Below the pieces are notes generated by a model, which saw only the letters and a list, made by a program, of their open reading frames with translations, was not told the DNA's origin and ran no database searches. Of a DNA stretch of 64,000 bases, positions 13,437 through 26,731 are shown piece by piece; position 1 is the stretch's first letter, and each line of letters starts with the position of its first letter. The stretch is from Harriotta raleighana (Eukaryota). Location of the stretch: positions 7,429,531 through 7,493,530 of the forward strand of contig JBNZDD010013706.1 in NCBI GenBank assembly GCA_050575255.1, given 5' to 3'. The position numbers and the translations under genes were made by a program.

Positions 13437-13660
13437 ATAAATAATTCTTGCATTTGATACAGTGCTTTTCACGTATTCTAGATGTCTCAACGTGCCTCAC
13501 AGAATATACTGTAAAGTGAATTGATTGTATATTTGTGGGCAAAACGCAGCAGCCAATTGTGCACAGCAGTGTCCCACAAACAGTAGTGGAATGAGTGATC
13601 AAATTATTTTTTCTTATTTCTTTCTTGAGAGATTATTATCAGGAGTGTGGAGTAAGGAAA
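13437..13660 (-). mobile_element. SINE lacking the tRNA head
   Basis: Consensus match up to tggagtaaggaaa. Confidence 0.85.
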
Positions 13661-13821
13661 TATTTTATAATGATTTGACTCTGGAGCCTGAAGAAATTTT
13701 AAAGTGGTGCGGCAGAGTTATAAAATACAGGCGAAAGTTTCTCAAGGGAGTGAATTCTTGATCTCAATTGAACCACGAAGGGAAGTTATGGAACCAAAGT
13801 ACGTATTCTTGGGTAAAGGTA

Positions 13822-13880
13822 AACAACAACAACAACTTCAATTTATATAGCGCCCTCCATGCCCGACGGCATCTCAGACC
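13822..13880 (-). mobile_element. L2 3' tail, second type
   Basis: aacaacaacttcaatttatatagcgccctccatgcccgacggcatctcaga; same type as at 18059, 35978, 47781 and 54655. Confidence 0.75.
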
Positions 13881-13950
13881 GTATGATAAATCAGGATGCT
13901 CCACAAAAGCTTTCAATATCTAGTCATAAGTTTCCTCACTCAGCTAGAGA

Positions 13951-14135
13951 ATAATAATAATCCTTGCTTTTGATAAAGCGATTTTTCACATCTTCGAGGC
14001 GTTTCAAAGCGCTTCACTGAATATACTCCAGAGTGAATTGACTGTATATTAGTGGACAAAACGCAGCAGCCAATTGCGCACAGCAGTGTCCCACAAACAA
14101 CTGTGGACTAAAATGACCAATTTATTTTTGTTTTA
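13951..14135 (-). mobile_element. SINE 3' two-thirds
   Basis: Consensus match. Confidence 0.85.
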
Positions 14136-15078
14136 TTATGAATGTATAGTAAGTCAATGGAAAATTTACCAACGTATATGTACACATACACAATAAAATT
14201 CAAATCCAATTTAATGCAGAATATGATAACCTACTTGACACTATTTGCCTAAACCATACACGATATTCAGAGGGTATAGCAATATAATGAAGGCATACAC
14301 AGCTACAGGGCAGTGTATAAGTCTAGGGATATAAAATACTAGCCAGCATATATTTTAGCTTTTCTTCTTGAATCCTGTCATGAACGGTCACCAGAGCACC
14401 TTGACATAAATGTCTAGAAACTGATATGTCCAGAAATTAATTTGTTTAGCAATAAATATCCTAGAACTGAGTCCATCACCGGAATGAAGAAAGCAAACTG
14501 TAGTGACGTGAAATTTTTCATGCAAGAAAGAGTGATGGGTTGACAGTCCAGGGGATGGAGAGACACACCAATGGCTCGTGCAAAGCAGGTGTGAGCCTCA
14601 GTATACACCATGCAGTTACTTTCGAACCAATCGTGCTTGCTACTTAGCTTCAAAATGCTTTCCTATAGGTGGCTTGCCCTTTTTACTGCAGTAATTGGAA
14701 TTAGAAATTTGATTGATGGCTCAATGGTGCATGTGAATTGGTTATTTGTACTTCACACCATCAATCACAATCTTTCTGCCACTGCTCATCTGAGTCTCAA
14801 GGAACAGGAAAGCTGTCTGGAAGATTAGCGCAAGATCGTTCAATGAGTTTAATGAAAGGGTTCTGAGCTCAAGGGATTGTACTGTGCAGACCTGAGGCCA
14901 ATTCAGAATCCTCCATTTGGTTTAGAGGTTAGCAACAATATTGTTTGGTCTCAAAACCATCTCTGTGGACCAGTTTAATCAGGCCAGCATTAGTTATACT
15001 AACCCTTTCTTGATTTGTGGATATTTTTCAAAACAGATTTCACCCAAATCGTTTCCACAGCACAATAAAAGATTGTGG

Positions 15079-15410
15079 TGTTCTGTAGCTCACTGGATAG
15101 AGGACTTGCTTTGCAAGTGAGAGGACCTGGGTTCAATACCCGGGCAGGGCGATTTGCTGGGTAAGTTTCCTTACTCCACACATGTCTGTTTACCTAGCAA
15201 TAAGTAGGATCATGGTTGTTAGATGATTGGCAGATCATTATTGGGGGATACTAATCCCTTCATTCAAAAAAAGTTAGCATTTGGTCACTCAATCCACACT
15301 GGCTATATGCAATCACCTGCCAGGATTCACCCACAAAATATACAGTCAATTCACTTTATAGGATACTGTATTCTGAAGTGCTTTGAGACATCTCAAAGAC
15401 GTGATAAGGG
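15079..15410 (+). mobile_element. Long, older variant of the tRNA-derived SINE
   Basis: Head plus an extra segment gtttacctagcaataagtagg...gttagatgattggcagatc that is shared with the copy at 28213. Confidence 0.75.
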
Positions 15411-15625
15411 AAGGAGTCCCTCTGCCTCACTTCCTCTCTTGTCTCTCTCAAGACCCGTCTCAAGACCCTCCTTTTCAATCACGTCTTCAATCACCCTCCT
15501 TCCCTCCCTGATTGGGCAGTGCCTTGGGAAAGAAAGGTAACACTCAAATCACCATATCATCGGAGTATCATCAGCATTCATGCCTCAGTCATAGGCTTCC
15601 AACAGGCAGAACTGTAAATCTGTTA

Positions 15626-15816
15626 TAGATATCCTCCGATTTACGACGTCTCTATTTACACATTTTCGATTTAACGAACGTAATTTTTTAATACCTTTAT
15701 ATCGATATACAATATTTTGTTTTGTTTTGATGACAAAAAAAATTGTCCAATTTACGACATTTTGATTTGTGGGACTTTTTCAGGAACACAATCCTGTCGT
15801 AAAACGGGGATAACTG
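15626..15816. mobile_element. Tigger/pogo-like MITE, about 190 bp
   Basis: Imperfect TIRs (t)agatatcctccgatttacgac and gtcgtaaaacggggataactg, with TA on both sides. Confidence 0.7.
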
Positions 15817-15884
15817 TACTGTATTCGACAGGTCTATAAATTGTCTAGTTTCTATCAAGGCCTGAATCTTTACTGATAGGATAT

Positions 15885-16060
15885 GAATCCTACTCCATTC
15901 AAATGTTCAAGACTAAGATGGAAAGATATTTGTCAGGTCAGGGTTTCAAGGGATATGGGGCAAAAGCAGGTAAATGGAGTTGAGGCCCAGAAAGGCCATG
16001 ATTTTACAGATTGGCAGAACAGGCTCAAGGGCCTGAATGGCCTCCTCCTGTTCCTGTGTA
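15885..16060 (+). mobile_element. CR1 3' end
   Basis: aagggatatgggg...aggctcaagggcctgaatggcctcctcctgttcct. Confidence 0.8.
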
Positions 16061-16587
16061 TGAGGGTGCTCTAGCTTTACCAATTATAGAATATGGAGTT
16101 TTAACAAATTCTTCATCTTGCTCAATAGATACATGAAATGGAGGGTTTAATATTTTTGTCTTCTTTTAACAGCCAAGTTTGGAAATGCAACATCCTTCTG
16201 TTGTGAAAAGCACGGTATAAATGTAAATTTCCACAGAATAACACAAAAACAGGACACGGGTTTTCTGTTTAACATATTGATTTTTTGCACTTACTTTAAT
16301 CAAATACTGATCAGACGCATACAGAGGGAAACGCAAGCAATAACAGGCAATAGCACTGATTAATGAGATCATTTGGGTCTTGCAAAAAAAAATCCCCTTT
16401 TCATTGGTGTCAAAGAGCAACCTATTTCATTAAAATTGATGCATCTGGATGAAATAGCCAATGCAGCAGTAGCAAATCTCCCAGCATTTACAGAGTTGTT
16501 TTGTTACTCAAAAAATAATACAATTAGCAAAAGGATTTTTAAAAAATGGAAAAATTTAAGTTTCCAATCATTGTTGAACCTTTTTTT

Positions 16588-16866
16588 TTCAATCCACTCC
16601 TGTTTGTGCGACACTCCCTTATTGGCTGCCGCAATTCGTCCACATATACTGTATACTGTCAAGTCACTTTTCAGTATATTCTATGAAGCGCTTTGAGATG
16701 TCTAGAAGGCGTGAAAAGCACTATATCAAATGGAAGGATTATTGTTATCATTATTTACTATTTTGGGATCCGATTTGATTGCTAATAAAAAATAGTAGTT
16801 TGGAGATACTAATAATAATCCTTGCATTTGATAAGATGCCTTATCACATTTTCGAAGCATCTCAAC
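16588..16866. mobile_element. SINE 3' half (+, 16588-16752) tail-to-tail with a SINE tail (-, 16810-16866)
   Basis: Consensus matches on both strands. Confidence 0.8.
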
Positions 16867-18058
16867 AATTAGAGGTGTGCGTCTGTACTTGAATTTCAGC
16901 TTCTGATTCGCTTTACATTCAAAGACTTCAATGCTTGGATAGTTGTACACATGCTGATCAATAAGTAACCACAATAGGGAAGAGTGTAGGGAGGAAATTG
17001 CAGCACATTTTACGGCACTTCAGGTAAATCTGGCAGCACATTAATTTGTGTTTAAAAATTGTTCTTTTTTTTCCCTTCATTTTTGTTTTAAAGCCCTGGG
17101 CTTTCGGGAGTCATAAACCTAAACAGGCAAAGTTCAAATCTTTCCCATGTTCATACTTATTCAATATGGCTAAGCAATTATGGGTTCTTTAATAAAGCCT
17201 TGCGATAGAACATTGAGAGAGATTTTTGCATGGTTGGCAATTGATCAATTGAATGCCTCAGTGATGAGATATCACTTTTGAAGGATTTGAAATCCAAACT
17301 CGTTAACCCCTTCTGCTCACCTGAGTTGGTTGAAATGGATGCTTCGTGTAAAAACCTGACCTACACCAAGCTTCTTAATAGAGGAACATGGGAATATACA
17401 AGATCAGGAAAGACCACTGTGTCCCATCTGTGTGGTTCCAAATTGTAAATGATTTCACACTGTTCTAGTCTGGTAATCCTCAATTGAAATCTCAGCCAAG
17501 AAGCTAGGCACCAGTTGCATCACAAGACAAAGTTAGCTATTTCTGCCATTGTTCAAATTCTTCACTTTTCTTTAGTTTTCCTCCCTACGTATTGAAAACA
17601 TGTGATCACTAAGGAATTAGATTATTCATCGGTAACATCTATGATGGTTCCTTGACACAGTCCACTATTTGCTATAAACTGTATAAACCACAAGGTTCTA
17701 AAATGTCATTTCTAGCATCCAAATGATCCGAGGCAAAATTGATTCTCTTTGATGACTGAAGTACTGTAAGAGTGTTACAGCAAGTAGAAGAGTGAATGTT
17801 AAAATTAAGAAAATCATTTGAGCAGTAAATCCAGAACCCTTGAATGATATTTTATTCATGAAGGTGCTTTACAGATGCTTAGATACCTACTGCATGGATA
17901 GAGTATCATATACTGCCTATACATTAAAATTGAATTATACAAGGACACGCATCATTCTAAACTGGCTGCACAAGGCTAGGAGGAAAAGAGATTGAATTCC
18001 AGGGAATACCCAATACACAGTGAAACGAAGATCACCAATAGTGGTGTGGTTGTAAAGG

Positions 18059-18425
18059 AACAACAACAACATCTTTGATTTATATAGCCCCATCCATGCC
18101 AGACGGAGTCTCAGAGTGCTTCACAATAACGGATCCCGGAGGCAAGCCAGGGGGAGAGGTGCCTGAAGGCGCAGTCAAAGAGAAAGGTCTTTAGCCAAGA
18201 CCTGAAACTAGGAAGAAAGGGGCCAAGGTCAAGGGTGTGAGGAAGGGAGTTCCAGAGCCACGGGGTATAGTGGCTGAAAGCATGGCCTCTGCTGGTGGAG
18301 TGGAGGATTCGGTGGCCAAGGAGAACAGACCCAGTGGAGAGAAGGCAACGGGTGCTGTTTTGAGGAGGTCGGAGAGGTAGGTGGGTGCAGAGGAGTGAAG
18401 GGATTTGAAAACAAGGGTGAGGAAC
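18059..18425 (-). mobile_element. L2 3' end
   Basis: FLTLVFKSLHSSAPTYLSDLL motif and a (TTG)n tail. Confidence 0.85.
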
Positions 18426-18861
18426 AATCAGAAGGATGTAGATTTCTAACGCTTTGTTACATTGCTAAAAGCTCTCAATCAACCACACTGGAAAATGGGA
18501 GAAATCTCAGTGCCAATCACTAACATCAGAATTCTGAGGTCTATTGGACGTTCTTCGGTCGTCCAGGCTCCAGACGTCAGCACCGACTCAGATCCATTTG
18601 CGTACACTTATCTAGCAGTCTCATGTCAAACTGTCTCAAAAAGGCACAATCTAAAATAGAGCATTTCTGAATGCTGCGCTTCGGACAAATATTCAACAAA
18701 AGATCACTCTTGTCACTCTAATATCTCCAATTAGTTAAAAGTGAGCCCGATGAGCAGGTTACATTGCAGGAAATAATTTTGGGGTAATGAATGACTCAAT
18801 ATTTTCCACAAAAGAGAGAATATAAATAGCCAGCACAGAAAGTATTCGAGAATTCGGGATC

Positions 18862-19345
18862 AGGCTGGTTCATTTGGTGACACTCTTTCGTTGATGAGTC
18901 AGAAGACTGTGGGTTTAAGCCCCATGTTGCGTCTGAGAACTCACATAGGGATACACTCTAATGCAGAGCTGGGGGAGTGCTGAGTTGTTGATATAATTTG
19001 AGACACAAACTCACTCATGGTCATGTCTGCCTGCCAACACCATGGGACGTCCTCCCGACATGAAAGGCACTATCCAAATATAATGTAGTTGTTGTTGCCT
19101 GTACATGTGGACGTTAACGATCCCGTGGCAACTATTCAAAAATGAAGGGAGTTTCTTTGGGGGGGCTTGTGCCACAATCTTCTAGATGAAATCAGTCACT
19201 CCATGGGTGTTTGTAGGACATTACTGTACATAATTCAGTTTCTGCATTTGCCAATAAGTACACAGGGGCAATACTTTACAGTGAAACCTGTGAAGCTCTT
19301 TGAGATTTTTGGCAATGTGATAGAAAGCTACATCAAACACAGAAA
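18862..19345 (+). mobile_element. Old SacSINE1/AmnSINE1-like DeuSINE with a nested L2 tail (19034-19095)
   Basis: gagtcagaagactgtgggtttaagcccca, gggagtgctg and gtggacgttaacgatcccgtggca resemble recalled Deu-SINE consensus. The insert is flanked by tgcctg at 19028-19033 and 19096-19101. Confidence 0.65.
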
Positions 19346-19386
19346 TGGACTGAACTTTCAAAAAGCCATCATTGGCACGATGAACC

Positions 19387-19710
19387 AAATAATAATAATA
19401 ATAATAATCCTTGCATTTGATATAGTGCTTTTTACATCTTATCAACGTCTCAACGTGCTTTACACAATGTACTGTAAAGTGAATTAACTGTATATTTGTG
19501 GGCGAAACGCGGCAGCCAATTGCGCACAGCAGTGTCACACAAACAGTCGTGGATTGAAATTACCAATTTTTATTACAGTATTGGACGGATTATTATTAGG
19601 AGTGTGGAGTAAGGAATCTTGCCCAAGGTTTCGCCCTTATCTGCCTGGATTCAGCCACAGGTCTCATGCTTGTAAGGGGAGTGCTCTACCCACTGAGCTA
19701 CAGGAGCTCC
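19387..19710 (-). mobile_element. Full-length tRNA-derived SINE
   Basis: Complete from head to tail. Confidence 0.92.
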
Positions 19711-20214
19711 TGAAATAGCCTTCCTCTGTGCTCAAATATTCTCATGGGTGTGACGAAACAGCGGAACGATTAAAAGTACAGAATACCACCAAGGCTGATT
19801 TAGAACTAAAGCAAGATTAAAACATTTGATTAAGAAGCAATAAAGAATGTAGAAAATCCATTTATTTTGCTTATCAATGGTGTAAATGATTTGTGGCATC
19901 GGTAGTTTAAACGTGCCTAGTTTACGGGGTAGATTGGCACCTGTTCAGCTAGTTTAGAATTGAATTAAGGCACTAAGGGTAGCTGAATAACAATTACTGA
20001 ATAACATTTTAATTTTAATTCTGCTGTCCATAGGACTCCTATAATTAATTTTCTACAGGTCATAAATAGTAAAAATTATGTTATTTGTGCTTCTGTTGTA
20101 GTAGTTCAGGCACATAATTAACACAATTCAGGAGACAAGTAGTACTATAAAAAAATTTAAACTGAGCAATGCTGTACATAAAATTAAAACAGTGCTGATT
20201 TCTCTACTATGTCC

Positions 20215-20750
20215 CCCGAAGTCCTCATCACTTCCACACCTTCGTCACTTCGCGGCTGGAACATTCCAATGACTTCCTTGTTGGTCTTCCCCACTTCACC
20301 GCATATATAAAATTCCATCAATTCATAACTCATATACTCACCCACACAAAACACCACACTGCATCACACCAGTCCTTGCCAGGCTTCACTAGCTCCCAAT
20401 TATCCCGACCTATTGATTTCAAGATCCTCTCACTATATTTTCAAATCCCTTCATCCCCTCGCACCTCCCTACCTCTCCATTTTGCTTATCCTCCACTCCA
20501 TCACCATCTGCTCAGCCAGCTCCAGCCTCCAGTTCGTCCCTCGTCCCCTTGTCTCCATCACTGGTGTGACAGTGCCTTCAGCCACTACTCCACAAAACCC
20601 AAGAACTTTCTCCCTTAATCACTCTGCCTTGCCCCCACCGTCTCCACTATCAAATCCCCCATAAAGTCCTTCCACTTTGACCGTGCTTACTGTCACCTCC
20701 CCCATCCCTCTCCACTGGCTCAGGGTCAGACACCATCACCGTCAAGCACT
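20215..20750 (+). mobile_element. Degenerate L2 3' region
   Basis: IDFKILSL and FKSLHPLAPPYLS motifs; colinear with 2312-3060. Confidence 0.8.
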
Positions 20751-22899
20751 GCCAGGAAATAGAACCTGTGCCCATCACTAACACCTAGTATCAGCATCAG
20801 CACTCACAACCTTTAAATCCAACCTTTGAAGCCGCTACACCATTATGACATTGCAATTCCCTTCACTAGCTATCCTTTCCTAAGCAATACTGATTGTTTA
20901 ATGCCAACAATCGTAACTTGCAGGCAACGCTGTGGACATGGGTTGAGCAAATTTAAGTGCTTTCACTTAGGGCCCGTTAAGATTTTGACTGGACTGGACA
21001 GATATTAAAACCCAAGTCTCGGGGATGGAAACAAAAGTTTTCCTACATACTGTGACAACCCAGTCCATTTTGAAGCATGCAGTTTCGAATCATTACAGGT
21101 TGTTTTGGAGGTAAGTGTCCTTATTAACAGAAACTGATGCATTTTGAATTGTAATGGCATGAAGAGAAATTCACATTTGCATTTATATATACAAACACAA
21201 CTCTGAATCATTTCAGCAATTACTAACACATTGAGAGTAGGGGGATTACGGAATATTAAAATACGACCCTAATAAACATCAAAGCTCTAGAGATTAACCC
21301 ATGTGTCACATTGCATTCCAAAAAAAGAAGAAATGATTAGAGGTAATGCGTTCATTCAATATGCATATTAACAATACTAATATCTACTCACTGCCCACTG
21401 GCAATGCTGAATAAAGACTATGTGTATGCATAGTGGCGTGACAACTAGACTGAAAATGTTTCCTTTATTTGGAAGGATGAGATCAGATAGGCCATCGGCC
21501 TTCTTCATCTAAACTAATCTTGTGATTGAAATCCTGATTGACAGATAATAGAGGAAATAAAAGACCCATCGCAGTAGAAAGCTATGGAGATCTTTAGCAT
21601 TAGAACATGTGGCTATCTATTGCAGATCACCTCACGGCTTTACCATTAGGATGTGATGTTGGGAGTGTGTATCCCCCAGACATTATAATGCCTGACACTG
21701 TGTTCTCTGTATCTATCCGAGTAGTTTTCTACATCACACTGTGCTGGATCTGATCACAGTCGACAGGTAGTTATTCCAGCTGACTTACAACCACCGTTAA
21801 ACTACTGTTGAGTTCAATCGAAGAAACCTCAACATTGATATGCAATGTTCCCCTCTGTCAGACCAGATGTAACACAGCAAACCTTCCACATATAAACAGT
21901 CACCATTACTCACCTTCAAGCAAATGAGCACATTTTCTTTTTTTTTTAAATTGATTAGTCCATTCAAAATTCTTGGCTAAATAACAATTCTGTAAAGAGC
22001 CTAGATTCCTTTCTTAGGTCTCTCACCGAGACTCAAGACTGTCATTCTTCCCATTCAGCTCCTATTAACCATGCAAGTCAATGCCTTAACAAGGAAGGTG
22101 GTCCTAGCTGGATAAGCAATGGGAAGCTTACTACTGTATTTGGTTTGGCGACTGTTAAGCAAGCCAATGAGTTTCCACATGTATCAGACATCTGGAAAAG
22201 CCACAAGGAGCTCAATACTGTAGTTAAAAGAAACCTTAGCTTTACCTGTTGAAGCCTGCTCAATTTACTTTCAGCAATTTAATTTCAGCAATTTAGAGCT
22301 GCAACTATCTTGGGTGACGTCCATACGGTTTCAGTCTTATTGAATACACGGGACATTTAATCAGTCGCATGCTCTAGTGCAAATCCTAAATAATCACAAA
22401 TTCCAGTTATTCTCAACATCTGTTGGGAGCACCTGCTTGATCCGTGTTAGGCGGTTAAGTTGTATTTAACCAGTTGGTCCATTTTGGCTAAGGCACTAGT
22501 TTCAATCAGCTTTTCTGCCCTCAGGAAACGTGCTTTCTAATCTCGATCAAAAGGTAGGAAATGGATTTTCTTTTAGCTGTTGTAGGTTGCAAGTGGATTT
22601 GATTCTACTTTTTTCACCTGGTGTGCTGTGGGTGTCTGCCTTGATTACAATTTTAACTTTGTGTTGAAAAAAAAACTCCTGAACTAAATAAAAAGCATTG
22701 TTCATCAGCTTGTATTCTGATGCCATTTGATTAATAAGGTGAACACTGAATTCAAAGGGTTCTTAGAATATAAAAGATAATTCTAAAACCAATATGTGGA
22801 AATAGATTTTTTTAAAGAAGAATCATGTTTGTAAATCTGAATTTCTTTCATCACAAATAAAGGATGGCTAACTGTTTCAATCCTATTAAAAATGCTACA

Positions 22900-23200
22900 C
22901 ACCTGTATAAATCCTCTCTGAGTCATCTTCTCTCAAGCCTAAGAACCCTAGTTTATTTTAAATTGTTGCTCATCACTCCATTGTCTAACACTGGGAGCAT
23001 CCTGGTTGTTCTCTGCACTGCCTCTAGGACCCGGACTGCCATTTATTATATCAAAGTGACCAGATTGTATGAAGTATTCAAGGTGCATTCTGATCAGATC
23101 ACCGAAGAGGCTGTTAATGATGTCTGGGGATTTTAAACTCAACTGATTTAGCAATATAGCCCAGAATCCTGTTTGCATAACATAGTGTTTCAGAATTTTC
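22900..23200 (-). mobile_element. Highly degenerate CR1 fragment
   Basis: gagcatcctggttgttctctgcactgcctct...gaccagattgtatgaagtattcaaggtg parallels 5960-6070. Confidence 0.5.
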
Positions 23201-25484
23201 ACTTGAAGATCGTTATAAATAGAATATCTCAAGGGCATAGAAATATTCATTAAAATTCTCTTTGAAAGATTGCAAAATGAGCCTCTCCACAGTTAAAAAA
23301 CATGGACTTAGATGCTAGGGCTCAGGAGGGGCATAGTGCGAGTGTGTTGAACCAGAATCCAGTTGATCTTTGTTGTCAAATGGCATGTCGGCAGCCACTG
23401 TCAAGACACACATCCATGCCATGACCTCAGAGGCTAAGACCAATTATAGCAGCACTAGTGCTTCCATGGCTGAGACTCTTGAGGTCCCCAAGCCTTGGCT
23501 CTCGCCAACCTGCGCCTAATACTTTCCAGAATTAGGTAAGCAGGATGTGTCCATCCAGGAAGAGAGAGAGCACATTCCATCTCAACAATCTTATCTTTGG
23601 GATTTCCATGTACAGATGGGATGCATGAAAATCTCAGCTTGATTTGGAGACTCTTAAAGAACAGTCTGACAGCCGAGCGATTACTCAAAAAAATGTCTGA
23701 GTCTTGAAACTGAATGTACCAACCTTTGGGCCTGCATGGGGTTAGTGTAGCAACCAGACCTTTTAACTGTGAAGGAAACGAGATGAATGAGGTACCAGTT
23801 GGCACTATAAACTCCAGCAGGAGTCAGTAACTCCAGTAGAAATGGGAGGAGAAAAGGGATCAAATGTAAACTGGAATAATCCAAGCAACTCAATGGCAAG
23901 TCTCCTAACAGCGTTTTCAAATACAGTATATAGTATATTCATGTTTATTTTACTATTCCAAATTACAGTCCTCACTCACTCCAGTTGTTCCAATGTGCAA
24001 TGCAAATTGTTTCCCACTCTGAGAGCCCTCAAATCAGCCAGTGTGTGTAAAAAACAATCTGTAGCTTACCGTCCGTGCTTTGAGCTTGTGATGGCCAACA
24101 TCCTCGAGGGCACGTGACAGCTGGAACTGAATCACAGAGAAAAAGAGAGTCCATCAAGATCAGGGAGCGGGAAACTACAATCATAGACATCAGACATGCA
24201 TTAACCGTGGAATCCATAATGAATTCAAGCTGAGATTTATAAACTGCATGAGATTCTGTCTTTTTTTATTAAAAAGAGTGACTGCAAGATGCAGGGAGAT
24301 CCTCTCAAGTTGCCACTATTCCCTTTTTTGTGTGAATTAAAATCGACTGCCAATGGTCAAATGCCCACATACAGGGAATTGAGGTTAAACAGGTGAATAT
24401 TTAACATATGCCCACCTTACCAAGGAGCCTCCCTCATTGAAACTCCTGGGCTGTCACATTGTGTTAGTTGTGAAAGCAAAATAATTCCTGCACCTACAAG
24501 GAAAGTTAAACTAAGTGCTGGAATTGTGAGATAAAACTGGCAAGTATAGTACTAGGCGGCCACAGCAAGCTAATCAACATCTGATGGAGAAAGAGGTAAT
24601 TTTGCAGATGTGACCCTTCATGTCACACCTGAAGTCATTCTCCTTCAGACACTGGCAAATCAACCCGATGTGCAGCCCCATCAACAATAAAGCTCTTTAA
24701 AAAGCTCCTCTGCACAAGCTCTACTGTCTGACATTTTACTGAAGCAGATGGGTAACTGAGACCTTCTGAAGTCAGGATCTACTATTGAAATGGCACATAG
24801 TTATTCCACATGCACACTGACCAAGCTTCATTAATTGTGATTATTAACTTGGTCCCAACAGTTAACAGTTCTACTGCTTCTTCCCTCCTGTAATGAGACA
24901 TCAGACGGCAAAGGAATCGTGAGCAATTCCACAGTGAAAGATTATTCGAGGTGGGTCTTTTTAAAAAAATGATGCATGCACATAACGTTACCTCTCCTTT
25001 ACAAGAGCAAATCAGCAACAGCTGACTGTGTGTTTTGACAGAATATTCAAGGTGTCTGGATTAATAGATTCATAATCACCATTAAAAAGGAACCCTGCCT
25101 TGAAGGCAAGTGCAACTCTAATTCAGCTCAAAGAATGAGTTTATGATTTATGCTCAGTTCCCATATTTCACTCCATTAAAGTATTATATACAGCACAAAG
25201 ATCCATTTATCATAAATGCAGGTCTTTAGATATCCACAGATGAGGGGAATCAGTAAATGAAGTGACTGGGGAGAAATATAAATGTCTGATCAAATTATTG
25301 GTGCCCCTAATCAAGCAAGTAATATAAATAAATCATTTCAATACTATACTATATACAGTATGTGGACACTTGAACTTAGCACATTAGTGTGTCCTAAATC
25401 CTTTCAGAAAGAAAAACAATCTGCTCTCCAATATCCATTTTCCTCAGACCTACATTTACGACCAGATTTGTAATTACAAGTTTG

Positions 25485-25908
25485 CCCACAAAATATAGTC
25501 AATTATCTTTCCAGCATATTCTGTGAAGCACTTTGACACGTCTCAAAAACAATCTAAGGTGCAATATCAAAAGCAAAATTTTTTATTTTTATTATTGTTA
25601 CTGGAGTCCTGTAGCTCAGTGATAAAAGCATTTGCCTCGGAAGCAGGAGACCTGGTTCGATTCCCAGCCAGAGCGAAACCTGGGCCAGTTTTCTTACTCT
25701 ATACGCCTGATAATAATCCCTCAAGAAAAATAATAATAAATTGGTCACTTCGATCCATGACTGTTTGTGGGACACTGCTGTGTGCAATTGGCTGCCGCAT
25801 TTTGCCCACAAAACATACAATCAATTTACTCTACAGTACATCCTGTGAAGTGCTTTGAGATGTGAAAAGAGCTATATCAAAGGCAAGGATTATAATTTTA
25901 TTTTATTA
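25485..25908 (+). mobile_element. SINE tail (25485-25597) followed by a full-length SINE (25603-25908)
   Basis: A box TAGCTCAGTGA, B box GGTTCGATTCC, core and tail. Confidence 0.9.
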
Positions 25909-26390
25909 CCAGGTTTAAAATTACAATGTCACTCACAGCACAGGACGGAGCGATCAGATCCGGTCATGATTCCGCTCTGAGTTATATTATGAGATGTTTG
26001 CATTGTTTTAGGGTCTGAGAATCAATCACAGGTGTGAAATCTTTGGTGTGTTTCCTCTATCAAAGATCTGCCAGGAACCCAAAACCATTGATCATTCTAG
26101 TTTGTTTTTATTAAAACGTTATTTCTTTTAGATTGCAGATCTTTTCCATATTTCACCTACCTGGTTGATAGCCACTACGTACAATAAATATACAGTATAA
26201 TAAATGCCAGTGGTACAGACACTCATATTATTCAGAAAGTCCCCAGCTAACTCAATGAAAATCACTATTTCTCAATATTTTATTGTGGCTGCTGAGTCTC
26301 AATATCAAACTCACCCTCCCTGGTGATGTACCAATTTGATGTGTCTCAGGGATAAAAGAAGCCACTTCAGCCCCAAGTGTTATAACCTGT

Positions 26391-26709
26391 GGAGTCCTGT
26401 AGTTCAGTGGTGAGAACACTTGCCTTACAAGCATGTATTTCGAATCCAGCCAGGTCAGGGCGAAACCTTGGGCAAGTTTCCTTACTCCACACACACTAAT
26501 AATAATCCATCCCAAAAAAACTATAATAAATTAGTCATTTTCAATCCTCGACTGCTTGTGGGGACGCTGCTGTGTGCAATTGGCTGCCGCATTTCTCCCA
26601 CAAATATACAGTTAATTCACTTTACAGTATATTCTGTGAAGTGCTTTGAGATGTCTAGAAGAAGTGAAAAGCTCTATATCAAATGCAAGAATTATTATTA
26701 TTATTATAA
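26391..26709 (+). mobile_element. Full-length tRNA-derived SINE
   Basis: Complete consensus match. Confidence 0.92.
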
Positions 26710-26731
26710 TCTCTCTTCCAAATAAGTTCTA

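Noticed and set aside
22245-22300. Candidate exon IAESKLSRLQQ|gtaaag
   Set aside because: There is an in-frame stop just upstream, and the region is a short ttcagcaattta duplication.
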